Source: Cycas panzhihuaensis (Eukaryota; Plantae; Cycadophyta). Taken from it: a stretch of DNA of 64,000 bases. Both the position numbers and the translations under genes were made by a program. This document shows, piece by piece, positions 26,845 through 40,825 of this stretch (position 1 is the stretch's first letter; every line of letters begins with the position of its first letter). Below the pieces are notes generated by a model that was not told the origin of the DNA, did no database searches, and worked only from the letters and a program-made list of their open reading frames with translations. Location: the NCBI GenBank assembly GCA_023213395.1, contig CM041465.1, positions 33,921,741-33,985,740 of the forward strand, read 5' to 3'.

Positions 26845-27089
26845 TATTGGAATATAATATACATTCAATGTAATTAAGTAAATAAAATAACATATATAAT
26901 TAGTCAACATAAAAGCTAAATATTATTAGCTTTAAGTGTGATAAATAATCCCACATATGCTCACAATATGACTATAAATATACCTACAAGATGAGATGTA
27001 TATAGATTAAAATTGAGTCCAGAATAATGTTATTCTAATATTATTCTATTGTTCCTTGGTAATGATATCCTATGGTTGCATTTCTAACA
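26845..27089 (+). repeat. C2 3' LTR
   Basis: Follows the PPT, is a direct repeat of 6635-6879, and is followed by TSD AGAAA. Confidence 0.9.
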
Positions 27090-27780
27090 AGAAATAATTA
27101 AATGTTATATTTGCATCAACTAAAGACAAAATACTAAGTTGTAGTTATACTAGTATATGAAGTCATTTAGTTGAGACAAGTTTTAAGTAACTTGGGTCTT
27201 CATTAGAAGGAAGCAACACACTATACTATGACAATCAAAGTGTATTGAATATTGTTAAGAATCCAATGTTCCATGGTTATACCAAACACATCAAGGTGTA
27301 TTATCACTTTATTAGGTAACAAATATATAATGGATAGATCAAGTTGATATACAAGCCTAATGAAAAATAATTAATAGATATGTTCACCAAACCTTTATCT
27401 TGAGATAAATTTAAAATTTTCAACTATTGTATTAGTACAAAAATTAATGATGTAAATATTAAGAGAGAGTGTTAAAATTAAAGTTTATAGTATTAGAGTT
27501 ATAACTTAATATTATAGGTCTTAATACATCCTTAAACTAAGTTTGGTGAATTGTAAAAGTGATTATTAAATGGATGAAAAACATATAAAGTAGTTATATA
27601 TTCATTTAATAAATGTGTAATAAGTATCAATGTGGTTACAATCTTGTTTGACTATTATCAATCCCAAATTATATTTATATATGTATCATGGATTATACAT
27701 AGCATTGAGAATTCGTAATAAATTTGAAAATTTTAAAGATAGACCAATTCTATTAAGAGAAACTAAACTGTAATTATATT
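27090..27780 (+). mobile_element. C1 right part: RNase H, PPT and 3' LTR starting at 27470 (LTR end uncertain)
   Basis: KNPMFHGYTKHIKVYYHFIR, DMFTKPL; AAGAGAGAG then TGTTAA at 27470. Confidence 0.75.
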
Positions 27781-28121
27781 CCTAGTTCATTTTAATTTGC
27801 TCATAACTTAGAACTACCTATTTTAGTAAGGGGGGGACAAAAACCAATTAATGATCTTAGTGTATATTCATTTTTAGAAAATAAAATAAAACTAAAGTAA
27901 ACTAACTAAAAGTCTCGACATAAATATCATAATTTTTAAAAAGAGTTAGATATAATATGATGAGAAGGAAGCTATGATCACAAAAAATATAGAAAAGATG
28001 AAATGACCGTCCCAAACCTCCATACAAAAAGGGTATAAGTGTTAACAAATTTAAATTTTAAAGAAGATTTAAAGCATCATAAGATTTGAAGCAAAAACAT
28101 TAGATGGATGCACAACTATAG

Positions 28122-28850
28122 GTGGTGAGGAAGACACAATCACACAAGAGAATGACAACAAGAAAGAGAAAAATAACTTACAACAAATGCACCATCCTAA
28201 TTGGTAAAAATGAAGGAGAAAAGGAAACAATTTCTAGGCATAGATATATACTAAAGAAGGCAACAATTCAAGTATACTTAAAAGCATTTCAAAGGGTAAA
28301 GTTAGAGAATGTGCAAACAAAGATAACTCTTTATATAAGAAGAGAGTTGAACTCAAGAAGGATTATTAAGAAATATCTAAGATTAGATGTTGGATTGAAG
28401 AAATTCAATATTTACTCCCTATGCTACTATAAGTACCTATGTTATAATTTGAAGGAAATTAATGATTTCATTAAGAATTTCAAGAAAAGAACTACAATAA
28501 AAGGGGAAATTAAAAATTAAATAAGAAGATTATTGATTGATCCTTATAAGTTCCTATGCAATAAAGAAGCTAGAAAGATAAGGGTACAAAGGAGGAATCT
28601 GTGAGATTCCTTATAAATTTTTTGAAAAATGAGAATTGGTTAATGTAAATCCTTTATATGGTCTTCCTGCAAAATGATACAAAAACCTTGGGTGTCATTA
28701 GCAAGTATGATTTCTCAACACATCATTTTTCAAGTTGCACCTAACCTATTTATGTACTCTGTGTTCAAGTCCTAAGTTCTTAATAACAATAGGAGGAACT
28801 TGATATTGTATAATTATTATATTATGCAATTAAAAAAAACATCAAAAAAA
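28122..28850 (+). pseudogene. Decayed accessory (non gag-pol) ORF of an LTR element
   Basis: ORF 28122-28520 plus a frameshifted continuation GLPAK..KPWVSLASMISQHIIF...FKS. No gag/pol motifs. Antisense to and downstream of G3 pol. Confidence 0.45.
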
Positions 28851-30349
28851 TGTTGTAAACAGATGACCCTAGGATAGTTCCTATCACTCAATCATTAGCA
28901 ATTTAAAGAATTATTAATTTCCAAAGGTAACATAGAGATAAATTTGTTAGGATTAAAGCATACAAACTTCAAAAGCAAGTTAGTTTACTACAAAATGTAT
29001 GGTTTCAATCTCTAGTGGAGAAGAATGAAGAATGAAAACTACAAATTTGAAAGTTACAAAAATACTTGGCTTCCTTCAAATCTGCTTAAAGAGAAGTGAG
29101 GAGTAATTCAAGGAACCCCAAAAGATTTTGAGAGAATAAGATTTTCTACTCCTTGAAGTAAGATGAGGTTAGAGAAATAAATTATCAAATCTAGTTCTAT
29201 CATAGGCACCTAAGTTAACAATCCTGAAATAAGAATTAAAGATTATTCAAAAAAGACATACACTAATAAAAGAAGGGGATCCACCTTTAAAATGGGGTGA
29301 AGGAAAAATAATTGAGAAGATAATAAATCTCATCATGAGAATGATTGTTGTTATGATTGATTTCTAGCATCCACCTCAAATATATTCTTTGATGAATTAA
29401 ACAATTGCAATAAGACTAAAGTCTCTTATAATTAATTATCGTTTTGTGAATAATTTGAGGGAATTAATAGAGAGTATCTAGCTTGCCTATGATGAAAAAG
29501 TGATCAGGGGGTAATCTCTTCAATAATATAAGCATGCAGGTAGAATAAAATTTCTCAAAGAAAACAAAACCAAAAACTCATCACAAGAATGCTTCCTTTT
29601 ATAAATTAATAGGTTTCCATTCCAAAAATGTCAAAAACTAAAAATTGAGTATTTTATAATGCATAAGTATATAAATGCATTTTCTTTTACCATTCACAAG
29701 CTCTAACTACCATCTCCTAAAATTAGAAAACTGACTTAGAGGGAAAAAACCCCCAAATCTAAAATTTTTTATTTTTAATAATTTTTAAAGTATTTCAAAT
29801 TGTACAAAATTTGGCCCATGGATAGATAAACATACATGGGGTCTATGGTAATATTAGTAAAGTTAAACTAGCCTCCTAACTAAGAAATTTAATACCTACA
29901 ACATATTACAAATGTAATAGATGATTTTAAAAATGCCATTTTAGACCCCTAGATAATCTTTCTTGAGCCCAAAAATTGCATAAGAATAACTATAATCAAT
30001 ATTGTGAATTATACCATAGTATACACTTTTCAAAGAGCTACAATTTAAAAAAAAAAAAACAAGACTTAAATAAATACTCAGGTCAAAAATTATAACCTTG
30101 GCAAGTTGACCCTTCAAATTTGGAACTTGTAAGTGCTCCCAAATCATTCTCTCCTACTTGAAAAGAACTTAACTCATGTGAGTTGACATGCTAGAACTCA
30201 TACCACTTGTCCATGTTGAGTTTCTTTAATTCATTTTTAGAAAGCCAAATATTATCCCCTTATTGTAGCCCCTTTCATCAAACCAAATACCTGTCATATT
30301 TGCATCGCCTTATGTAAATTGATTTCTTATCTAATATTTGCTTAATTTC

Positions 30350-33303
30350 TTCCCTCTTCTTCCTAGATATTTGTTGTTCCCAATTCACCTCCTCTACTTC
30401 ATCTTCTACCTCATCTTCTCCTTTATTAAAAGAATATAAGTCTAAAACATTAAAAATATATGAAATATCAAAGTCAAAGGGTAGATTTACCTCATAATTT
30501 TTCTCATAATCTAGTAAGGGCCTATCTTCTTATATTTTAGTTTGTTATATGTACCTTGAGGAAATTTATCCTTTCTCAAATACACCATCATCAAATTTTG
30601 CTCTACGAATAAATTGTTTCTTCTTCTTAGATCTATTATTACGTTATATTTATCATTACTATCTTACAACTTTATCCTCCCCCCATCATGTGCTTATTGC
30701 ATGTGTTCTACAAAGGCTTTTGCATCATTATTGATCCTATCTTTAATGGGCAATTGATCCAAATCTAATACTCCCTTTGGATTCTTGTCATATATAATCT
30801 GAAATGGGGACTTACCAATAGATCTATTCATATAAATGTTATAGGTAAATTCAACTTGTGTTAGTGCCAAATCCTACTGCTTGGGTTTCTCTTCAATAAT
30901 ACACTTTAACAAGTTTCCCAAACCCCTATTCACTACTTATGTTTACCCATTAGTTTATGGGTGATATACATTATTGAATTATAGCTTAGTTTCTAACTTC
31001 TTCCATAAGCTTTTCTAGAAGTCTAAAAAATTTAATATCCCTATCTAAAATGATGGTCCTCGATGCACCATGCAACCTAATAGCCTCTAAAAATAGATAT
31101 GCCATTCTAATTGCATAGTTAGTCTTTCTACATATAATAAAATAACCTATATTTTAAAACCTGTCAATAACAAAAATAGAATTATTACCTCATTGGGTGT
31201 TAGAAAAACCTAATGCAAAATCCACGTTCAAGCCTATCCATGGACCCTTTGAAATTAGTAATAGCATGTATAGTTTAGTGCTTTGTGCATGCCCTTTAGC
31301 TACCTAATAGATCTTGCACCTAACCACATAATTAGCAATATCTTGTTTCATCTTTGACTAGAAATATTTTTTCTCTAGCATGGTTAGAGTTTTATTTCAA
31401 CCAATGTACCCTCTAAATCTCCCGCCATGCACTTCTCTTCTGATATTATCCTTCATGGACCCAACTGGAATGCATAGTCATTTTCCTTTAAACAAATACC
31501 CATCTTGCATAAAATAAGCATCATACTCAAATCCACTCCTATTAGCTAAAGGATTTTTATAGTATTTCACAACTCTATTAAAATTTAAATTAGTACTATA
31601 CAAATCTCTCAAACCATCAAACCTAACCACTTCACTTACCATAGTGGTTATTAGTACTACCCTTCAACTCAAGGCATCAACAACCTGATTTTATGTTCTT
31701 AATTTTCACTTTAAGATAAAAGTAAATCCTTGCAAATACGATGCCCATTTTGCATGCTTCGCATTCAAATGTTTTGGTGTATTTACAAGCCTTAATATAT
31801 GATGGTCTATAAATAGGATAAATTACTTAGGTATAAGGTAGTGCTGCTAATGTTCTAATGCCTACAGAATAGCATAGAAGTCTATATAATATATAGAATA
31901 TTTATTTCTTGCCTCAATCAACTTTCCACTATAAAATGCCATTGATCTTCCTTGCTAACTTAACAGAGCCCCCATTAGCTACTTGAGAAGCATAACAATC
32001 AACCTCAAACACTATTTTAAAATTTACTAGTACTAATGTAGATGCCTCTATCACCTTTTGTTTTATTAGCCCAAAACTTTGTTCTGCTACTCTATTCCAA
32101 AAAAGCTCCCTTCTCTTAGTACAATCTATCAAGGGAGCAATAATACCACTCAAATTTCTAATAACCTTCTTGTAAAATATAGTTAGGCCATACAAGCTCC
32201 TCACCTATGATATATTCATAGGTATAGGCCATTTAGTAATGACTTTTATTTTCTCATCATCTATTCATAGTCCATCTTTAGATATTACAAATCCTAAAAA
32301 TACTAGGCTACTCTACATGAACTTATATTTATTCAAGTTCACATATATTTTTTTTGCTTTCAACACATCTAACACCATCTTTAGATATAATAAGTACTCC
32401 TCCTTAGTTCTATTGTATATCAAAATATCATCAAAATAAATAACTACAAACATACCAATATATGGTTACAAAATAGTGTTCATTAATCTCTTGAATGTAC
32501 TTAAGGCATTTGACATCCTAAATGGCATGACCAACTATTCATACAGTCCATTCCTTGTTTTGAAGTCTATCTTCCATTTATTTCCTTCCTAAATTAGAAT
32601 CTGATAATATTCACTTCTCAAGTCAATTTTGGAGAAGTAGGATGCACCTTCCAACACATCTAATATATCATCCATTCAAGGAATTAGAAACCTATACCTA
32701 ATTATGATTGTATCAATTGCCCTACAATCAACACACATCCTCCGAGAGCCATCTTTCTTTAGAGTTAAGAGTGTAGGATATGCACATGGACTTGTACTCT
32801 CTATTACTATACCTTTTTATATCAATTCACTCACTTGTCTATTTAATTTTGCATTTTCCATAGGACTTAGTCTGTATGCAATTTGACATAGTAGCGTAGA
32901 TCCTCGAACCAAATCAATCTAATGTTGGATTTCTTTTTTGTGGCAAACCCTTTAGTAATTCACTAGCTAAGATATCACTATACTCATACAATAGTTTTAT
33001 AGCTTCCTATTGTATCAACACTTGATCATCAATATTTTCCTCTCAATTAATCACTAGGGCATAACAAGTTCTTGTCTCCCTTACTTCCCTCAAGAATTTC
33101 TTTACAATCAATAAAGTCTTAGCCTTACCTTCTTCCTTCATAGGCAATAATATGACTTTTATACCATCCTTCTAAAAGATATAAGTATTCATTTTCCCAT
33201 CATGATAGGCACTCCTATTATATTGTCAGAACCTTTATAATAGTACATGGCATGCATCCATTTGAAGAACATCGCACTATACCTTATCACAATATGTTTG
33301 TCT
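30350..33303 (-). pseudogene. G3: CRM-type Ty3/gypsy pol (protease C-term, RT, RNase H, integrase)
   Basis: YCDKV.CDVL.MDACHVLL (CRM-type protease tail), VVIYFDDILIY, ORF 31929-32204, and RKDKFPQG (LRKERFP-type) after the integrase core. Confidence 0.85.
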
Positions 33304-33716
33304 TGTGAAATTCATTAACATAATCAAATTATCAATGAACAAAATTTACAGAAGTAATGCCTAAAAATAAAATGTAAATATTAACACAAATAACTTAGCA
33401 AATTAATTGTAGGAATGATGTAGCAAATAAATTAGTTGCACTGTGCAATATTCAAATTATTAAAGCTTTTCCTAAGCAATACAATTACTATACATATGAG
33501 TGATGAATGGGTCTAATTTATAGACCAATATACAATAGATTTTGTATTACATTAGCCGACATAATGACATATTTTGATTGGCCTATTATGTAGCATACGG
33601 TGGATCTGATACTTTATCTAATTACATTAAATTACAATAAGGGGTCCTCAAACTATACACATGAATACAATATACGTTGATTTATAATCTAAGAGGTTGT
33701 TGTTAATGTTTTAACA
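33304..33716 (-). repeat. C4 3' LTR
   Basis: Direct repeat of 60989-61398. Confidence 0.92.
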
Positions 33717-34068
33717 CCCTCCCTCCAAAAATAGCTCTATTTGATATGACACTGAAATCATGTCAGAACCTTTCAAACTTTGGTTTACCAAGTGCTTTGG
33801 TGAAGATGTCAACCACTTGGTCTTCAATAGGTTGATACATAAGGTCAACTTCCCTGTTTTGAACATGTTTACAAATGAAGTGATGATGGACCTCAATGTG
33901 ATTAGTTCTAACATAGAAAATTAGATTCTTTATCATCTTCAACACACTTTAATTATCAAAATAAAGGATGGTAATTGAAGTCTATTGAAATCTAAGCTCA
34001 TCAAAAAACCTTCTAATCCATATTAACTATATGGTAGCATGGATAGTTGCTTTATAATTGGCTTCAGT

Positions 34069-34468
34069 GGAGGAAAGAATAACATTAGGTTGTTTCTTAT
34101 AACTCTAAGAGATAACAACTTAATTCATGTCAAAATAGTAACCTGATGTTGAATGGCGAGTATCCTGGCAATTTGTGTAGTCTACATTTGCAAATCCTTT
34201 AAGGATGGTAGAATCAGCTTGGGTATAATTAAGCCCAAACTAAATTGTACCTTAGATATACTTGAGAATTCTGGTAACAACCTTCCAGTAAGATGCCTTA
34301 GGCTATGTCATATACCTGGAGTAGATCCCAACTATGTAGGAGATGTTCAAATAAGTGTGAGTGGCATAAATAAGACTCCCAACCAGTTGTTGATACAAAG
34401 TGGGATCAAAAGGCTTGTCTTGTTCATCTAAGTTGAGCTTGGTTCCTAATTCCATTGGAATTAGTGCA
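34069..34468. repeat. 400-bp duplication of C4 pol, copy 1 (copy 2 at 40826-41225)
   Basis: Ungapped match with about 21 substitutions by hand count; also visible as paralogous ORFs 34153-34431 and 40910-41143. Confidence 0.95.
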
Positions 34469-37400
34469 TGTGTTCCCATCTGAAGGATCTTTTAACCATA
34501 CACAACAAGCACAAGAAAAATATACATAGAAGACATGCACAGAACACAGGATATACGTGGGAAAACCCTTCTAAGAAAAAAACCCACCACAAAAGGATCC
34601 TCTAAGGATCATTGATTATTTCATAATGAACTTCGATATAGAATACACAAGGCCTCAAGGCATATATACTCTCCAAGAGGTGTCACTCGTTTAGGGTTGT
34701 GACCCTCCAAATAAATCGCACCTTTTGGCTCACACCCTTTCACATAATTAAACCACATTAACATTAATTAAGTGGCTTAATAATTAACTTCCATGCTAGC
34801 ATCCCCCTTTAATGTGAATGTGGGAAACTTGTAACATGTAGCAGTTGAGTTATCACGAAGGCTGAGACTATCCTACAGCTTCTTTATCCTTACTGATGCA
34901 TCCCCCCTTAAGGATAACATCGGTGAGTCCTAATCTGGTACACATCTTCGTGAATTAGTCTTCAGTGAGTGACTTGGTGAATACATCTGCAAGTTGTAAT
35001 TCACTCAGACAATAGTCAACCTATAGTTTTCATGACTTGATCTACTCACGAATGTAATGGTGTTGAATCTCGATATGCTTTGTACGCGCATGAAACTTTG
35101 GATTCTTCGACAAATGAATGGTACTCTGATTATCAACAAAGAGAATTAGATGTCCATCAGAAACGCTAAGAAATTTTAAGAGACCTTGCAACCATACTGC
35201 TTCTTTTGCACCAGTACTGAGTCCTTGATATTCTGCTTCTGTAAAAGATAATGCCACTGTCTACTACTTCTTCAACTGCCATGAAAAAAATCCATTGCCA
35301 ATACTAAACATGTATCCAGCAGTGGACTTCTGATTGTTGGAATCTCCTCCCCAATCAGCATCTGTGTAGCCATGCAACCTGATCTTCTCACCTCTACGGT
35401 ATTCAAGACTAAGATTGATTGTCCCCTTTAAATATTTCAGATTCTGGTTTGCTACCACCAAATGAGGCTCCTGAGGATTATGCATCTAGCGGGAAACCAA
35501 TCCAATAGCATATGCGATATCTAGCTTGGTATGAGTCAAATAAATAAGACTCCCTACCAATTGGCGATATTTCATGCCATCTACAGAAGGTTGGGCCATA
35601 TCCTTCTGTAATCTTGTGCCTTTTACACATGGTGTTGCAACAAGTTTGTAGTGCTACATCCTAAATCTTTCCAGTAAGTTCTTCATATACTGCAATTGCA
35701 ACAACACGATCTTATCTTCCATCTGCCTGATCTGAATGCCTAAGGAATAGTGAAGTTCCCCAAGATCTATCATATTAAATAAAGCTCCCAAATTAGATTT
35801 GACTTCAACTATAGCCTTGCCATGATTACCGCCGATGATTAGATCATCCACATACATGATACAAGCAACTACGTAAGCCCCTCTTCTCTTCACATACAGG
35901 TTCGGGTCAAGTTCTGAAATTTCAAAACCTTCAGCTTTCAACTTGGCATTCATCTTCTTATACCAAGCACAAGGTGCTTATTTTAGGCCATAGATTGACT
36001 TTTTTAAATGGCAAACAAGATGCTCCTAGCCATCCTTAATGAATCCCATAGGCAGCGACATGTATATCTCCTCCTTTAGATCCCCATTAAGGAATGTGAA
36101 ATTAACGTCCATCTAGTATAACTCCTAATCTAATGCAGCTGCTAAGGAAATAAGTAAGCAGATCATTGTCATTCTAGAGACTGGTGTAAACGTCTCCTCG
36201 TAGTCAATTCCTTCTTTCTACTTGAACCCCTATGCAACAAGTCTGGCCTTGTACTTGTCCACCTCTCCATCAGAGTGGAACTTTGTCTTATAGACCCATT
36301 TGCATCCTATAAGGTTCTTTGAAGGAGGGAGTGGAACCAAATCCCATGTATCGTTCTTCATCAGAGAACCATATTCTTCCTCCATTGTAGCTCTCCATCA
36401 TGGATCTCCTTTCACTTCAACAAACGAATCAGGATCACTAGAGTCATTGGTGTCTACCAGTAGAGTTCGACTGGCATGTTGACTTCCAGTTCATCTATCA
36501 TCAATTAGGGTTTGCATCGCCACACCAGAATCTTCAAGAGTTTTCCTTGCCCATAAAGGTATAGAAGGACGTGTTGCTGGAGGTACTTCTTATTGTGGCA
36601 GCTTCTCACTATTACTTGTCCCACTTCGTCCTGCTTCCTCAGGTGCTACAGTGATTGGCTCATCGTCCTCTTTGCTTAAAGAATCTGGGAATGGGAGAAG
36701 GGGAGGGTAAAAAGGTTTCCCTGATGCTCTTTTAGCATGATACGTCGATGACTCATCAAATTTAACATCTCGACTAACCACAATCTTATCCCCATGTGGA
36801 TTCCATAGTCCATAGCCTTTGTTCTCCATGCAATACCCCATGAATATGCACTTCAGACTCTTTCGATCCAGTTTCTTGTGAGTATCATCAGGGATGTGGG
36901 CATACATTATACATCCAAATGTTCTCAAATGGCTAATGGTAGGCTTCCAACTGATCCATTTTTCTTAAGGGGTCATGCTGCAAACTGCCTGAGTGGGTAC
37001 CTTGTTCAAAATATAAATAGCAATTGCCACAACTTCTGCCCAAAACTTTAGTGATAGGTTTTTAGTGTGCACCATACACCTCACCATCTCCATCATGGTA
37101 TGGTTCTTTCTTTCAGTAACTCCATTCTATTATGGAGTATACGGGACTGTAAACTCCCTCTTTATACCATGGTTGTGGCAGAACTGATTAAACGCATGAT
37201 TGTCATATTCCTTACCATTATCACTTCGTAAAGTTTTTATTTTCTTATCACTTTCATTTTCAACCATCACTTTCCAATCATGGAAGTAATCAAATATGTC
37301 TGACTTATTCTTGAGAAAATAAACCTAGGCTTTCCTAATGTAATCATCCACAAACACAAGTGTATATCGGGCTCCTGATATCAAAGGGTTTAGGAATGGT

Positions 37401-40400
37401 CCCATAATGTCTGACTGCACAAGCTTTAGCTTCTCCTTGGCTCTCCAGGCCTTATCCCAAGCAAAAGGATAGCGGTGATGCTTGTTATACATGCATCCTT
37501 CGCATACACTGTCCAAGCAAAAAACCAACGATAGTCCTTCCACCATCTTCAACCTCCTTAGAACTACAATACTCCTATAATTAAGGTGCCCAAGGTGATT
37601 GTGCCATAGTTTACTTTCGTCATCCACACTGGCAACAAAGGCATAGGACTTCTTCTAAGATTGAAACTTTTCAAACACCCAGAAGTTGTCCCTGACTTTC
37701 TCGGTAGCTACGATAGCAAAGTTTTATTTTGGGTCCTCTATTAGGCACTTATCATCATAGAGCTCCACTTTCATACCTTGTTTGCCGATCTCCTGAGCAG
37801 ACAGAAAGTTTAACTGCATCTTGGGTACATAATATACCCCAGAAAACTTGCCTTCTATAATGGAAACTTCACCGATACCATCAACCGACAACATGCGAGC
37901 ATCTCCAAGAATGATCTCAGCACCACTTTGATTTGCTTTCAACGTATCAAAGTTCTACTTCTGGTAAGAGATGCACTTCTGTGCTCCAAAATCGAGTACC
38001 CAATAGTCTCTCTAATTCATTTCGGCTGACAAGGTCTATGCTTGGATGCAATGAGTAGAAACACTCTTTCCTTTATTATCCTGGTTACTTTTGCATTTGT
38101 CACGACATTTGAACCAACAGTTCTTCTCGCAGTGACCATCCTTCTTACAGTAATTGCACTTTCTATTAAACTTCTTCTTGTCTTAAGAGCTTTCTCCAGA
38201 TCGTTGTGTGATCTTCTCCTCCTTAGGGGCCTCCTTCCTCTAAGATTTCATGGCTAAGGCCTGACTTGAACCAGAACCTCCAAGTAAACCATGATATTTG
38301 AGCTTGGCATCCTCTGCTAGAATTAGGGTTTTGAACCCATCAAAAGTTTCTGCCTCCATCACTTCGTCTCTACCGTAAATTGTTTGGAATGTGGCCAACA
38401 CAGTTGGCAATTTTGACATGATTATCGTAAACAAGAGCACATCATCAATCGAGTTCTGCTTTAACTCTTCTAGCTTGTTCTTCAAGTCAATTATTTTATT
38501 CAGGTAGGAGTTGATATTGTTCTCATCTTCAACTTTTGAATTGAATAGTTCCAACATTAGAGCAAGACACTTATTTGTCTTCTTCTTCTCAAAAGTATCA
38601 CACAACTTCATCCAAATCTCAGCCGGGTCATCCAGATTGTGAACTAGAGCCCTGCAGTGCGGTGCGATGAGAGTTTCAGTAATCCAATGGCCATATATTG
38701 CTTCTCTTTAAGTTTGATACGCTCTTTATGGTCAAGTGGGACTGAAACAAGCTTCATCTTTGTGATTCCCCATAGTTGGTTCACCATTAAAATAAGCTCT
38801 ATATTAGCCTTCCATTCACTAAAATTATTACCATTAAAGATAACTTTAGGCATAAGCTTCTCCATCTCAAATGACAGGCTATAATGTAAAGCACACGACA
38901 CCAAACGAACGTATTAAGTACGAAAATGCACCCTTGTGACCTCCTTTGCCTCACGAGCATGCTTTGAAAAGGACCCAACACAGATTATACCTATGTTAAG
39001 TGAGCCACCAACTATTTTTCTCCTCTTATCCATCAACAAATAACCTTAAATAGGCATTAAATGTCACAACTGACACTTCAAAATGGATAAAAACATGTGC
39101 TCCATAACAAAGATGCCTCCATACGATGATGGTGCATGGTCTCCAAGTCAAAAAATCACAAAAATAATTACTTGATTTATACTCAAAATGGCTCAAGGAC
39201 ATATCAAGTATCACTCATTATTGACATGCATTAATGGTTCAAAGGGCTTTTATAAAGTTGAATTGAGATTGGAATATGCCAAAAGGCATATTCCAAAAAT
39301 GATGACTTTTTAAGGAACTCATGCCTTTTTAACTTAAGTCACATGCTTAAGTATCCTCCAAAAGTCACACTACTTGAGGAGAGGGATGTGGCTGTTCAAC
39401 ACACCCTGCTGCTCTATGTGCTGTCACCAAGTGGTCTATATCATCCATACGGCTGGTAAGGCTTCAATGCAACCAAGACATGTCTGCTGAGTACTTGGAC
39501 AACTTCTAAACAACCACAGTTATCAATAAACCAATACACAAAGTACCCAGCCAAGAGGAAATGCGCCCAGCCTCCTTGGATCAGCACCAAATCAGACCTT
39601 AATAGGCAAATAGCCTCCTTGAAAATGACCCAGCCAGCTTCTAAAGGTGCTCAGACACCAATAAAATAACTCAGCCCCAAAGAGCACTCAACCAATCCTA
39701 AATCCACCCAGCCACTCTCTAATCACATCAAAACTCACTTAGCCATCATCCAAGGCACTAAAAATAACCTTAGAACATATGTACAAGCTTTATTTAATGT
39801 ACACACACCTTAGCAAGTCACACAAACAACCCAGCAACTTAACAACACCAAGATGTTGACTCAAAAGTGTGTTTTCAATGCAAATATGGGGTCATATACC
39901 CACAGATAGAGACACTACAACTCAAAATTTTTAGTGAAAGATGCCTTATACTACTGTGTACTTCTCTTAATCTCAATATAGAGGACTAAAAACTGTGCAA
40001 AAGACTTCAATCTCTTCCTTATATAGACTAATGAAGGCAACACTAGAAGAAGATTTATTTTTATTGAGTTTTATTGTGCTTTGAGTGGGAATACCCCAGA
40101 CTTACTTATATGGAAAGAGGGTTGTCCTTAATGTCACTTAATCACCATTAGTACGTGTTCTGCACACTTGAATCACCTCAACAGATCATCAATCGTCTTC
40201 GGATAACCCCAAATGAGCTAACTCCAACCACTAACATGGTCTTCATGCCTGAATACAGACTCCAATAACCCTTACACTCTGTCAAATAGTGATCTCCACT
40301 GCTCCAGCAACCATTGATTTTCCTATGCCTACTTTTACACGATGTTGGGATTGATGGACCCTTAAGACTTAGCTTGGATTAGATGGCGTTACCTGATAAC

Positions 40401-40825
40401 CAATGATTCGACCGGCCTGCTCACTATCAAGCTTTAGTTGTGCAAGACCCTACTACTCTAATACCATGTTTGGGAACATGAAAACATACATATGTGTTCC
40501 CATCCGAAGGATCTTTTAACCATACACAGTAAGCACAAGAAAAATATACACATAAGACATACACAAAACATAGGATATAAGTGGGAAAACCCTTCCAGGA
40601 AAAAAACCCACCACAAAAGGATCCTCGAGGGATCATTGATTATTTCACAATGAACTTCGATATAGAATACACAAGGCCTCAAGGCATATATACTCTCTAA
40701 GAGATGTCACCTATTTAGGGTTGTGACTCTCCAAATAAATCACATCTTTTGGGTCACACCCTTTCACATAATTAAACCACATCAACATTAATTAAGTGGC
40801 TTAATAATTAACTACCACGCTAATA
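34469..40825 (-). mobile_element. C5: Ty1/copia nested in C4, best-preserved element in the window
   Basis: LTRs 34469-34801 (missing 26 terminal nt) and 40467-40825; PBS (reverse complement) at 40455-40466; PPT (reverse complement) at 34802-34811. Confidence 0.94.
34900..38865 (-). pseudogene. C5 gag-pol
   Basis: Colinear ORF pieces 38644-38904, 38240-38611, 37724-37942, 37325-37627, 36590-36928, 35654-35953 (MYVDDLI), 35264-35485 (GYTDADWGGD), 35042-35257. Confidence 0.95.

Larger units (their letters stand above)
6635..27089 (+). mobile_element. C2: full-length Ty1/copia with nested insertions
   Basis: LTR pair 6635-6879 and 26845-27089; TSD AGAAA at 6630-6634 and 27090-27094; PBS TGGTATCAGAG at 6880-6890; PPT ATGGGGGAAG at 26835-26844. 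Host RNase H is continuous once C2 is removed. Confidence 0.93.

Noticed and set aside
34153-34431. Duplicated ORF pair (34153-34431 and 40910-41143) as a small gene family
   Set aside because: Antisense shadows of C4 pol within the 400-bp duplication.
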